In this document: positions 51,736 to 61,909 of the stretch, in pieces
Numbering within the stretch: position 1 is the stretch's first letter
Layout of the letters: each line of letters starts with the position of its first letter
Assembly (NCBI GenBank): GCA_965216255.1
Contig: OZ244148.1
Coordinates: forward strand, 838,623-902,622
DNA length: 64,000 nucleotides
Origin: Rhodothermales bacterium
GTDB lineage: Bacteria > Bacteroidota > Rhodothermia > Rhodothermales > Bin80
Direction of reading: 5' to 3'
Translations under genes and position numbers: made by a program
Notes under the pieces: model-generated
Told to the model about the DNA's origin: nothing
What the model saw: the letters and a program-made list of their open reading frames with translations, nothing else
The model's database searches: none

Positions 51736-52078
51736 AGCTTGGCAATTTGGGAGCGGAAGAAGAACGCTTGGACCCATGAATTATTGTCTAGGAGCCTGTC
51801 GGACTATATGAAAACTGAATTAAATCAATCGTGACTAAGGGCTTTTTCAGTCCTAAAGGAGCTGATATTGGCTCGGAAAGTCCTTCTACAGGGTGATTCA
51901 GGATGCTTGGTAGTCTGGATTCCGGCAATACGGGCTCAATTCAGCCCCACATCTGTGAAAGCCCGACAGGCTCCTAGAGCCGGTCATACTAGCAAGGGGA
52001 ATTATAAAGAATAGTGAACCATGCATGTGATCATGCTGTATCAAGTACCCGATCAAACGGACAGGATCATGCCGAAAG

Positions 52079-53016
52079 ATGAACGTTGGAACTGCACCGG
52101 GCCGATACAGCCGTGAGGGTATCACGCTGATTCAACTCGCGCAGAAATTTCCAAGCGAAGAGGCCGCGCAAAAGTGGTTTGAGTTGGTAATGTGGCCGGA
52201 CGGCCCTACGTGTCCGCGCTGCGACGGACAGAACGTCTATGAGGGTACGCACAAGACGATGCCGTATCGTTGCCGCCCATGCAAGCGGTTCTTCAGCGTC
52301 CGCATCGGAACGCTGTTGGCCGCTTCTAACGTGCCCTTGTTGAAATGGGTATACGCCGTCTACATCGAAATGACGAGCCTGAAAGGCGTATCCAGCATGA
52401 AGTTGCACCGCGAACCTAGGTGTAAGCCAACCGACGGCGTGGTTCATGTTACAACGCATCCGCGAAGCGTTCCGGTTGGACGAACTACCAAAGTTTGAGG
52501 GCCCGATTGAAGTGTACGAGTCTTATTTCGGTGGACTTGAGCGCAACAAGCACGCGCACAAGAGAGCCAATCTGGGACGTGGGACAGTAGGCAAAACAGC
52601 CGTAGTAGGCGCTCGTGACCGCGCCACCGGCAACGTAGCGGCCAAGGTAGTGCAGCAAACGGACGGGTCTACGCTCAAGGGATTCGTGAGCGACGCTACC
52701 GCTGACGGCGCGAAGGTCTACACGGACGATGCACGTGCCTGCAAGGGGACTGCCTAACCACGAATCAGTAAAGTACTCCGTATCCGAGTACGTCAACGGA
52801 CAGGCTCACACAAACGGCGTGGAATCGTTCTGGGCCGTCCTGAAACGTGCTTATCATGGCGTGTATCACCAACTATCGCCTAAGCACCTGCAGCGCTATG
52901 TGAACCAGTTCGCCGGTAAGCACAACGTTCGGCACATGGACACCATCGACCAGATGGGACATGTGGCGGCGGCTATGGTCGACAAGCGGTTGTTGTGGCG
53001 CGAATTGACGGCGTAG
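52079..53016 (+). pseudogene. IS1595-family transposase, inactivated
   Basis: Zn ribbon CPRC..CRPC, GVSSMKLHR, KTAVVG, YTDD, HTNGVESFW and KHLQRYVNQF. +1 frameshifts near 52415 and 52745; catalytic EVDE reads EVYE. Confidence 0.9.
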
Positions 53017-53300
53017 ACGGATGCCGTTACGCAAGGAGGTTTTGTCAAGTGTCTCGTATACGGGAAAGTTGCAACCGCAATCCCGTATATTCACGTAACC
53101 AACCGCAACAAAGGTTGTTTGAGGCTATGTCCCGATCGGATGATCTCTAGGCTGGAATCAAGACGCGGTTCATGGAGCCACGTAAAGGGCGCGGCGCGAC
53201 GTGCGTAGATGATGGCATTGACTCGGATGTGACGAAGTCGTGAACTCTGATTCGTTCGCACGCCCCGTCATCGGAACTCTAGCAGCTGATTGCTGATTCC

Positions 53301-53633
53301 GTGGACGTTAGCTACTCCAATAACGACATTCGCCGGTTAGTATGTAGCGAGAGTCTCTTGAAGAAGGACTTCAATGTCCAAGTTGCCAAGAAGGTGGTGA
53401 GGTATGTAGCCATGCTGAAATCAGCACAGAGCTTGTCAGACCTTTCGCGCCAAGGCCGTTTCCATAAGCTCAATCATGATCTGAAAGACATGTTTTCGTT
53501 GAGTGTTGGGGGTGGGGTCCGTTTGATCTTCGAGCCAGACCACGATCCAATACCACGATAGCCTGACGGAGGGATTGACCGCAAGAGCGTAACGCGTGCT
53601 AGGATCGTGAAGACAGGCGACTACCATGATTGA
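53301..53633 (+). pseudogene. higB: HigB/RelE-family (killer-protein type) toxin with an in-frame amber stop at 53559-53561
   Basis: GRFHKL..D....FSLSV....RLIFEP, then *PDGGIDRKSVTRARIVKTGDYHD* in the same frame, overlapping the higA ATG. Confidence 0.75.
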
Positions 53634-54261
53634 GCTGCCATTCATAGCTGACTGGGCCGTGCGTCCTGGGGAAGTGTTGGAACTAATCATGGAAGACGAC
53701 GGCCTAACGATTCAGCAAGTGGCTGACTCAATGGACGTTAGCGATTCCGTTGTCGAACATTTGATATCGTCCGAAGAAGCGATCGTGGATCCGCCGTTAG
53801 CTGACAAGTTAGAGGTAGCAACAGGGTTCCCATCCCAATGTTGGATCAATCTTGAAAACCAGTATAGAATCGACGCAGCCAGACTAGTTTCCAAGAGAAT
53901 TGGGCTCTTTGACAACTTGGATTCATTTGTTCAAGCGGAAGGGAAATCAGCTGAATTCTTTAAGAGGGCCGCCATTGGAAGTCTAAAGCTACATGGGGAC
54001 AATGATCGTGTTCGCATGGCCGAGATATTAGCTAATGTGAAGGAGTACGTAATAATGATGGAAATCCGCGACGACAATTTGCACGTCGAGATCAGGTTCG
54101 GGCGATTCGGTGAGGCGTATGTGATTATGGGGCCAACGGTCGCTAAGCATGTAATGTCCATGACTCCTAAGAGAACCGAGAGAAAGCCAAAGACTAAGCC
54201 CGTAGACTTAACGCCAGCAATTATGGAAGCTGAGACAACCTACGCGTTTGTTTCGGTCTAG
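53626..54261 (+). CDS. higA: HigA-like HTH antitoxin with an unrecognised C-terminal extension
   Basis: RPGEVLE..MEDDGLTIQQVAD..LA.KLE..TGFPSQCWINLENQY; the last ~115 aa lack HEXXH. Confidence 0.7.
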   Translation: MIELPFIADWAVRPGEVLELIMEDDGLTIQQVADSMDVSDSVVEHLISSEEAIVDPPLADKLEVATGFPSQCWINLENQYRIDAARLVSKRIGLFDNLDSFVQAEGKSAEFFKRAAIGSLKLHGDNDRVRMAEILANVKEYVIMMEIRDDNLHVEIRFGRFGEAYVIMGPTVAKHVMSMTPKRTERKPKTKPVDLTPAIMEAETTYAFVSV

Positions 54262-54356
54262 CCCGTTAGGACTGTCGAGGCGCGGCACGTACAAGACCGG
54301 ATGAGGCTATTTGTCTCTCGATGGCGTTACCCGTCCACTCAGCGTATTCTATCCTA

Positions 54357-54887
54357 ATGGACAAAACGCGTATCCGCGCCGCGTTGGATTTCGCCCTAAC
54401 GGCCGTCACGGCATCTGCCGCCGGGATTACGATTCGGGAATCCGTCTCGGAGAGCGGAATCATGGGATCGGTCACATTACCGCCAGCCGCGTACGTGCTA
54501 GCATCCGTATTCTTGTGTTCGTTTCTGGCCTACCGTATCTGGATACCCGTAAGTGGATACGTTCGCAAACGAAAACCGTCAACGAGATTTCGTGCGTTGT
54601 ACTCGGAGCTTCAAGACGAGTGGCACAAAATCAAATTTGACCAACAAGACCGGGGATCCTCCGCCGGTCGCAACCCAGGCGATATCTACCAAGACCGTGT
54701 GTCGTTGACACGTGATTTGCTGTCATTGGGCATAGATGCGCCGCGGGATCCGGACGAAACGGTATGGTGCAATTTCGTCATTCATATTTCGACGCTTAGC
54801 AAAGCCGGAGATATCGCAAGTGCACGTAGCTCGCCCGGCGTACCGTCGTTGCTCGATATGCCGCAGGAATCGGACGACGGTTGCTAA
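54357..54887 (+). CDS. Hypothetical membrane protein (IS passenger)
   Basis: Hydrophobic N-terminal segments followed by a soluble domain; family not recognised. Confidence 0.55.
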   Translation: MDKTRIRAALDFALTAVTASAAGITIRESVSESGIMGSVTLPPAAYVLASVFLCSFLAYRIWIPVSGYVRKRKPSTRFRALYSELQDEWHKIKFDQQDRGSSAGRNPGDIYQDRVSLTRDLLSLGIDAPRDPDETVWCNFVIHISTLSKAGDIASARSSPGVPSLLDMPQESDDGC

Positions 54888-54902
54888 CGCGAGTCACTTC
54901 CG

Positions 54903-55349
54903 TTAGTATGAATGGTTATTCGTACTCCGAGACCGCAACCGTGGCGGTTTGGTCGGACGGATCGTAATCGCATACGTACGCCATGCGCCGAATCCGTTCT
55001 GGAATCGTATCTCCGAACCACCGTACGTGATCGTCCCGGTCACTTGATTCAGCCACCGCATCTGCGTCAATCGGCGTTCTTCGAATCCGGCAATCCATTC
55101 GTGTGCGAATCTCGCTTGGTCTTCATTGAGCGGCGAACACACGATACGGGGGCGCGATCGGTGACGATTGCCCCAACACGTTAGATCGCGTCGGCATTCT
55201 GCGTCAGAAGGCCCAGATGACGTTGAATCGAACTCCGATACAATCCAGGTGACAGCGGCACACGCCGCTACGACGCCTATAATCATTGCCGCAATCGCGA
55301 GACAACCGGTTTTGCGTTCTGTTTTAGTCGGCGGTTTTGGGTCGCTCAT
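54903..55349 (-). pseudogene. Single-TM hypothetical protein with a probable C-terminal frameshift
   Basis: ...ITYGGSEIRFQNGFGAW, then the protein-like tail YVCDYDPSDQTATVAVSEYE lies in another frame (ORF 54916-55098). Confidence 0.5.
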
Positions 55350-55700
55350 GTGTGATGCAAACGAAGTACACGGGTGCCGGGCCGTGAATCCGTTAGCTCA
55401 CAAAGTATTCGCGTTCGGACGAACGCCAGACGAAATGCCCTGCCTATTCGCCGACGCGGATGATCAGTCCACGTTCGAATCGGCTATCGTATTCGGCAGG
55501 TAACCCGACGTGGGCCGAAGCTTTGCTGCCAACGGATTTGACGACAATGTGCGGATTGTGAAGATTTGATGCAACTGCCCATTCGCACGCACGATTGAAC
55601 CTTACGCGACCGGGTCGCATAATGGATACGTGCCATACACTAATGTCTGATCATGTGTTCGAACAATCGGACAAAACACGAAGACAACCGCAACGAAGCC

Positions 55701-56117
55701 ATGGCGGCTTCCGGGGAAGAACGGATTCTCGCCAAGCTCGGACAGATTGAATCACGGATCGAAGAGCGTTTCGCCAAAATCGACCAACGGTTGGATGGTA
55801 TCGATCAACGGCTGGACAGCGAACTCAAAAAGATTAACGTCCGGATGGACGGTATCGACCAACAGTTGGACAAGCTAGATGCCAAGATGGACAAATCGCA
55901 CCGAATGTTGGCTGCGATATCGTTACGCGTATCCGACCACAAAGAACGGATCACGAAATTGGAGATGGCCGCACGAGACATGATGACAACGAGAAGACAC
56001 GGGACCGCGCCGAGAAACGATCGGACGTTACGGATTGGACGAAGCGTCCGGCCGCGAATCCGCGTTACGGCGGCAAGACGCCGGAAGAAGTCGTGCGGCG
56101 CATTCTACGCCCTATGA
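55701..56117 (+). CDS. Small heptad-repeat coiled-coil protein (IS passenger)
   Basis: IDQRLDG-IDQRLDS...MDGIDQQLDKLD; 21-bp DNA tandem repeat. Confidence 0.55.
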   Translation: MAASGEERILAKLGQIESRIEERFAKIDQRLDGIDQRLDSELKKINVRMDGIDQQLDKLDAKMDKSHRMLAAISLRVSDHKERITKLEMAARDMMTTRRHGTAPRNDRTLRIGRSVRPRIRVTAARRRKKSCGAFYAL

Positions 56118-56188
56118 TCCAATAGGAAATACGAGAGCTTAAATCCCGATGCCGCAAAAAGGCGTAAACAGTGGACGTTCACTATTCT

Positions 56189-57541
56189 TTATAAGTCCCC
56201 TAGCAAGTCCAGCGCCTCGCGCAAAAGATCAACACCCAGAATTTCCATGCCGTCGACCGTGAGGCCGCTCTGCAAATTGGTTCGCGGCACCACGGCCCGC
56301 TCGAACCCGAGCCTGGCGGCCTCCCGGAGCCGGGTATCCAGCTTGCTTACGCTGCGCACCTCGCCCCCCAATCCTACCTCACCGATCGCCACGCCGCAGG
56401 CATCGGCGGGCACGTCCCGCAAAGACGAACTCAGAGCCAAGGCCACCGCCAGATCGGAGGCCGGTTCGTCCAGCCGAACGCCGCCAGCCACGTTGAGAAA
56501 GACATCGTGGCCGGCAAAACCCAGGCCCTCCCGCCTTTCGAGGACAGCCAGCAGCAGCTGCAATCGCCGCAGATCAAATCCGCTCGTAGTGCGCTGCGAC
56601 GTTCCGTACGACGAGTCCGTAACCAGGGCCTGCACTTCAACCAGAACTGGCCGGGTACCCTCCATCGTGCAGGCGACGCTGGAACCGCTGCAACCGCGCC
56701 GGCGCTCTGCCAGAAAAATCTCACTTGGATTGGCGACCTCCGACAGGCCACTGCCCGTCATCTCGAATACGCCGATTTCGTTCGTGGAACCAAACCGGTT
56801 CTTGACCGCCCGCAGAATGCGGAAGCCGTGATGGCGATCGCCTTCGAAGTACAAAACCGTGTCGACAAGATGCTCCAGGAGGCGCGGACCTGCGATAGAG
56901 CCTGAGCGCGTGACGTGGCCTACTAGGAAGGTAGCCGCATCCAGCTCCCGCGCAAGGCGCAAGAGCGACGCGGCACTTTCCCGGATCTGGCTGACGCTCC
57001 CGGGCGCACTTTCCACGTCCGGCCGGTAAACCGTCTGCACCGAATCTACAATAATCACGTCCGGAGCTGCTTCTGCTGCGGCCTCCTGGATGGCCACCAC
57101 ATTGGTTTCTGCAAATAGGAGCACGTTGTTTGTGGCGCACCCCATGCGAGTGGCCCTCAGTTTCACCTGCCGGGCTGATTCCTCGCCCGTGACGTAGAGC
57201 ACGCGCAGCGGGGCCAGATAACGACCAAGCTCTGTCATCAGTGTGCTTTTTCCGATGCCGGGCTCTCCGGCCACGAGTGTCGTGGAGCCACGCATGATGC
57301 CACCGCCCATGAGCCGATCCAGTTCGCCCACACCGGTGGCAATGCGCGGCTCATCCGCCAGCTCCACCGCATCCATGGGACAGGGTAGGCCAACCCTGAT
57401 GCCGGTCCGTTGAGGCGCCGCGCTCGCTTCTTCCAGCAACGACTCCCACGTGCCGCATCCCGAGCAGCGACCTAGCCATTTGGGCGTCGCAAAGCCGCAT
57501 TCCTGACAAACGTAACGGGTTCTATTCTTTCCCATGGACAT
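56189..57541 (-). CDS. radA: DNA repair protein RadA/Sms
   Basis: Zn finger CQECG..CSGC, Walker A GEPGIGKS, KNRFG motif, Lon-like C-terminus. The last 3 codons and the stop come from the IS1595 IR. Confidence 0.96.
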   Translation of the reverse strand: MSMGKNRTRYVCQECGFATPKWLGRCSGCGTWESLLEEASAAPQRTGIRVGLPCPMDAVELADEPRIATGVGELDRLMGGGIMRGSTTLVAGEPGIGKSTLMTELGRYLAPLRVLYVTGEESARQVKLRATRMGCATNNVLLFAETNVVAIQEAAAEAAPDVIIVDSVQTVYRPDVESAPGSVSQIRESAASLLRLARELDAATFLVGHVTRSGSIAGPRLLEHLVDTVLYFEGDRHHGFRILRAVKNRFGSTNEIGVFEMTGSGLSEVANPSEIFLAERRRGCSGSSVACTMEGTRPVLVEVQALVTDSSYGTSQRTTSGFDLRRLQLLLAVLERREGLGFAGHDVFLNVAGGVRLDEPASDLAVALALSSSLRDVPADACGVAIGEVGLGGEVRSVSKLDTRLREAARLGFERAVVPRTNLQSGLTVDGMEILGVDLLREALDLLGDL

Positions 57542-57656
57542 GCCGGTAGCTCGCAGGCAACCTACGTCTTAGAATATGACACCAGTCTGTCACAGCCTGG
57601 ATTTCAGAAACATACAAGATGCACATTCATTAACTGCGCTTTTCCCGCCATCCCAT

Positions 57657-58427
57657 ATGCGAATGTTGGCCCTGCCCCAGCTGCACCTTACGCAGCCGCT
57701 TTTCAGTCTTGGTCGCTTCGCTCTTCTGTTGTCCAAGGCTTTCAGCTCGCTGGGACACTTTGGGCTTTATCGCCGAAATCTGTTCATTCAGATGGTGCGC
57801 ATCGGGATTGAATCGCTCCCGATTGTGGCCCTTGCCGCTGCCTTCTCCGGTGCCGTAACAACGGTACAGACGGCCTACCAAATCGTTAACCCCCTGATCC
57901 CGCCCGCCATCATCGGGGCGGTGGTAGTGCCCTCACTGGTGCTGGAACTGGGCGCCGTAGTGACAGCCTTTATTCTGGCCGGGCGTGTCGGGGCTCGCAT
58001 TGCGGCGGAACTCGGGACCATGCGCGTGACAGAACAGATTGATGCGCTGGAAGCCATGGGTCTAAATGCTGTCGCGTACCTGATTGTGCCCCGCGTGGTG
58101 GCCGGTATCATCATGTTCCCGGTCCTGTACATCGGGGCCGTAGTAGTGGGAATTTGCGGTGGGCTTGCGGCGGCCGACCTGACCGGGGTCGTTCCCGTCG
58201 GCGAATTCATAGAGGGTGCTCGTGAGCATTTCTTGCCTTTCGGCCCATACTTCGGACTCATCAAATCGCTCGTATTCGGCTTCGTGATCACGTCCATCTC
58301 CTGCTACATGGGATATTTTACGAGTGGCGGCGCCGAGGGCGTGGGACGCAGCACCACGTCCGCAGCGGTAACGAGCTGCGTGTACATACTCCTGGCAGAC
58401 CTAGTCCTGGCCATAGTGTTACTCTAG
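57657..58427 (+). CDS. mlaE: MlaE-family ABC permease
   Basis: IGIESLPIV, LAGRVGARIAAELGTMRVTEQIDALE and GGAEGVGRSTT. Start uncertain. Confidence 0.92.
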   Translation: MRMLALPQLHLTQPLFSLGRFALLLSKAFSSLGHFGLYRRNLFIQMVRIGIESLPIVALAAAFSGAVTTVQTAYQIVNPLIPPAIIGAVVVPSLVLELGAVVTAFILAGRVGARIAAELGTMRVTEQIDALEAMGLNAVAYLIVPRVVAGIIMFPVLYIGAVVVGICGGLAAADLTGVVPVGEFIEGAREHFLPFGPYFGLIKSLVFGFVITSISCYMGYFTSGGAEGVGRSTTSAAVTSCVYILLADLVLAIVLL

Positions 58428-58446
58428 CGCCGGTCGCCCCAGCTAA

Positions 58447-59199
58447 ATGATCAGGATCGAACACGTCTACAAGTCCTTCGACAACCACCCGGTGCTGCAG
58501 GATGTATCGCTTACCGTAGAGGAAGGCGAGACATTGGCCATCATAGGCCGTAGTGGCTCGGGCAAGAGTGTGCTCATGAAACACATCATCGGGCTCCTCA
58601 CCCCAGACCGGGGCCGGATTCTGGTGGACGGTATCGACATAAGCCTGATCACGTATGGCGAACTTCGGCGCGTGCGGCGCCAATTCGGGGTGCTGTTCCA
58701 GGGAGGGGCTCTGTTCGATTCCATGGATGCCTTTGACAACGTGGCATTCCCCCTCCGGACCTTTACGGACAAGAGCTCGGCCGAAATTCGCCATGAAGTC
58801 GAGCAATGCCTCGAAGTCGTCCAGCTTCCGGATGTCGGAAGGAAGCGGCCTTCCGAGCTGTCAGGGGGCATGCGCAAACGCGTAGCGCTGGCAAGGGCCA
58901 TTGCGCTGCGCCCACGCTACATCATCTATGACGAGCCAACCAGCGGCCTGGACCCGCAAACCTCTACCACCATCAACGACCTGATCCGCGGCCTGGCTAA
59001 CCAACTGGACATTACCAGCGTTGTAATTACACACGACATGCACTCTGTGCTCAGCATTGCCAACCGTGTGGCGTTCCTCCATGCCTCCCGCCTGCATTGG
59101 GTTGGATCGATAGGTGAGCTGCACCAGAGCGACAACGCAACCCTGCGAGCTTTTGTTAAGGCCAATGAGTACCGCATTGGCGAGCCCGCGCATTCCTGA
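58447..59199 (+). CDS. mlaF: MlaF-family ABC ATPase
   Basis: GRSGSGKS, LFQGGALFDS, LSGGMRKRVALARA and YDEPTSGLDP. Confidence 0.92.
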   Translation: MIRIEHVYKSFDNHPVLQDVSLTVEEGETLAIIGRSGSGKSVLMKHIIGLLTPDRGRILVDGIDISLITYGELRRVRRQFGVLFQGGALFDSMDAFDNVAFPLRTFTDKSSAEIRHEVEQCLEVVQLPDVGRKRPSELSGGMRKRVALARAIALRPRYIIYDEPTSGLDPQTSTTINDLIRGLANQLDITSVVITHDMHSVLSIANRVAFLHASRLHWVGSIGELHQSDNATLRAFVKANEYRIGEPAHS

Positions 59200-59211
59200 A
59201 GCATCAAACCT

Positions 59212-60126
59212 GTGAAATACGCCAACGAAGTTAAGGTAGGTCTTGTTATCGTCATCGCCGCGGTTGCCTTTTACGTAGGGACCCAGTTCTTTCGCGACCT
59301 GCCGATATTCTCCCGCAACGCCCAATACGGCACCATTGTACCCAGTGCAGCAGGACTTGTATCCGGCAATTCCGTGCTCGTTAACGGTGTCACGGTCGGT
59401 TCCGTAGACGGCGTGCAAGTTGTCGAGGGCGGCGCCAAGGTTGACTTCAACATGCGCCGTGGAATACCCCTCACGCACGGCACGAGCGTCGCCATCGAAG
59501 GATTTGGGGCCCTCGGCGACCTTCGCCTCGAAATAACGCTGGGACCGGCCGAGAGCGAACTCCACAGGGAGGGAGATACCATTCCCAATGCCGGTAACAA
59601 GATCGTGGACGAAGTCGCCGGTGGCTTGCCGGAAACGTTTGAGCGCGTCAATGCGCTTGTCGCAAGCTCGGACGGCGCCGTGGTCGCTGCGCGCGGCTTG
59701 ATGACGGACCCAACCAGCGACCTGCTTCTTGCCCTTAAGTCTGTAGGTGCAACCGCAGAGAGCCTCACCAGCCTGCTGGAGGAGCAGCGCAGCCACATCC
59801 GCAGCGTGCTCGCCGGATTCGATTCGCTCTCTCACTCCATGAATGCGCTGGTGCAGGACTCGCTGGCCGTCACGGTAACCAGACTGAACAGTGTTCTGGG
59901 TGACCTGGAAGATAGTCTGGCGTCCCTGGCCGGCGCCGCAGATGCCGTTAGTACTGTGCTCGGCATGATGGCAACAGGAGAAGGTACGCTCGGACGGCTG
60001 ATGCAGGACGACGCTCTCTACGTCGAGCTGCGCAGTGCGGTCTCTTCCATGAACAGCCTCCTCGAGGATTTCCAGGCGGATCCCAGGAAATACTTAAGGG
60101 AAATGAGACTGGTCGATATTTTCTAA
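59212..60126 (+). CDS. mlaD: MlaD/MCE-family protein
   Basis: N-terminal anchor EVKVGLV, MCE domain GLVSGNSVLVNGVTVGSV and GTLGRLMQDDALY. Confidence 0.88.
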   Translation: MKYANEVKVGLVIVIAAVAFYVGTQFFRDLPIFSRNAQYGTIVPSAAGLVSGNSVLVNGVTVGSVDGVQVVEGGAKVDFNMRRGIPLTHGTSVAIEGFGALGDLRLEITLGPAESELHREGDTIPNAGNKIVDEVAGGLPETFERVNALVASSDGAVVAARGLMTDPTSDLLLALKSVGATAESLTSLLEEQRSHIRSVLAGFDSLSHSMNALVQDSLAVTVTRLNSVLGDLEDSLASLAGAADAVSTVLGMMATGEGTLGRLMQDDALYVELRSAVSSMNSLLEDFQADPRKYLREMRLVDIF

Positions 60127-60137
60127 GGGATCCATCT

Positions 60138-60716
60138 ATGTGGCACCTGCCGCATTTCCCTGCCATGCCGACCTACGACGAAGCTCGAGACCTATTGCAC
60201 GAATGGACCGAATCGGAGAGCCTGCGGCGCCACGCCCACGCCGTGGAAGCGGCTATGGAGCACTATGCCGAGATTCTTGGCGAAGACGTTGCGCTCTGGC
60301 GCATTACGGGGTTGCTGCATGACATGGACTACGAAAAATACCCGGAGCAGCATCCGTACCGGGGAGCCAAAGAGCTGCGCGAGCGCGGCTTTCCTGCCGA
60401 GGTCATAGAGGCCATCCTCGGTCATGCGGACTATACAGGCGTCGTGCGCACGACGCTCCTGTCGAAGGCGTTGTTCGCGGTGGACGAGCTCGCCGGCTTC
60501 ATCACCGCCGTGGCCTACGTGCGACCCACGCGGCTGGTTGGCATGAAGGTGAAGTCCGTGCGCAAAAAGCTCCGGGACCGGGCATTTGCCGCCGCCGTCA
60601 GTCGCACCGACATCGAACAGGGCGCCGCAGAGCTTGGGATCGAATTGGGCGAACACATATCCAACGTCATTGTTGGCATGCAGGCGCGTGCTGCCCGCCT
60701 TGGCCTGGACGCGTAG
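60138..60716 (+). CDS. HD-domain (HDIG-type) phosphohydrolase
   Basis: LRRHAHAVE, GLLHDMDYE, ILGH and LFAVDELAG. Confidence 0.88.
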   Translation: MWHLPHFPAMPTYDEARDLLHEWTESESLRRHAHAVEAAMEHYAEILGEDVALWRITGLLHDMDYEKYPEQHPYRGAKELRERGFPAEVIEAILGHADYTGVVRTTLLSKALFAVDELAGFITAVAYVRPTRLVGMKVKSVRKKLRDRAFAAAVSRTDIEQGAAELGIELGEHISNVIVGMQARAARLGLDA

Positions 60717-60739
60717 CCCGGCCCCCTATCCGCCAGTTC

Positions 60740-61909
60740 ATGGCCAGAGACCCAGAGCAACCCTCCCATTCGAATTCTTCCGGGAGCGAGGCCGCCCTTC
60801 CTTTTTCGCCAAGCCCTAAGCGTGACCTGCGCTCACTGCTGCGCACGTACATCAACCGGCATTGGCCGAAAGAGGCGCTGGAACAAGAGCATCGCCTCGG
60901 GCCTGGGCCGAGTCCTGCGCCGACGGCCATGCGCCTCCTTCGCCTCGTGCCCTGGGGCCTGGGGCTGCTCTTTCTTTTCTCGTTTGTCTGGGACTTCAAC
61001 GACATGCACATAGAGCCTTTTGGCCACAGGCTTGTGCTGGACGGACTGCTTCTTACCATCTCCGTTAGCGGGCTTATCGGGTTTTTTACCAATTGGCTGG
61101 CGATCACGATGCTATTTCATCCGCGGCGGCGCCGGCCCATCCTTGGGCAAGGCGTTATTCCGGCACAGCGGGACCGCGTCATTCTGCGATTGGCAACAGC
61201 GGTCAGCGACCAGCTTATCAATGAGCAGACTATCAAGGAGCAGATCGAGAGCAGCGGCGTCGTCCCCAGGTACCGCGCTATCGTCCTCTCCGTCACTCAC
61301 AATGTCTTGACAGATCCCGAATTCCGCACAGAAATAAAGGCGGTCGCGGGTGAATACGTGGAAGGAATTCTGGGCTCAGAGCTGGTGCGCGGAAGAATCG
61401 TCGATCTGACCCTGCAAAAGCTTGAAGAGTTTTCGCAGTCGGGCCTTGGAGGACTCGCATTGAAGGCGTATCGCCTCTTTCAGGAGGACAAACTCAGGCG
61501 GCTTGTCGAGAACGCTGTGCAGGACCTGCCACGCTCCGTCGACGTCATGCTAGACCAGATTGACGAGCTGCTGGATGATCTGCCCGAAAGACTCGCGGAG
61601 CGATCAGCGGACATGGAAGAGTGGGCCACCAAGGCGATTCTCGGCTTTGTCCGCTCACTCGACATCTACGCCATGATTGTGGATAACATGCAGCGGTACG
61701 ACGAATATCAACTAGAAGCACTAATCAAGAATTCGTCCAATGACCAATTGAACTACATCAAGTACCTGGGAGGCGCAATCGGCACGGTGGGCGGTCTGGT
61801 GATATTCGACAAGTGGGTTGCTATCCCCATGCTCGCCGTGCTGATTGCGGGGCTTGTCCTGCTCGATTTCATGGTTTATCGCCTGCTCACCCCGGCCGCG
61901 GAGGCGTAA
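60740..61909 (+). CDS. DUF445 family membrane protein
   Basis: GLIGFFTNWLAITMLFHP, GVIPAQR and QLNYIKYLGGAIG. Confidence 0.88.
   Translation: MARDPEQPSHSNSSGSEAALPFSPSPKRDLRSLLRTYINRHWPKEALEQEHRLGPGPSPAPTAMRLLRLVPWGLGLLFLFSFVWDFNDMHIEPFGHRLVLDGLLLTISVSGLIGFFTNWLAITMLFHPRRRRPILGQGVIPAQRDRVILRLATAVSDQLINEQTIKEQIESSGVVPRYRAIVLSVTHNVLTDPEFRTEIKAVAGEYVEGILGSELVRGRIVDLTLQKLEEFSQSGLGGLALKAYRLFQEDKLRRLVENAVQDLPRSVDVMLDQIDELLDDLPERLAERSADMEEWATKAILGFVRSLDIYAMIVDNMQRYDEYQLEALIKNSSNDQLNYIKYLGGAIGTVGGLVIFDKWVAIPMLAVLIAGLVLLDFMVYRLLTPAAEA

Larger units (their letters stand above)
51997..56199 (+). mobile_element. IS1595-family element with passenger genes (4203 bp)
   Basis: Terminal IRs GGGAATTATAAAGAATAGTGAAC / GGGACTTATAAAGAATAGTGAAC (22 of 23). 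8-bp TSD CTAGCAAG at 51989-51996 and 56200-56207. Confidence 0.92.
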
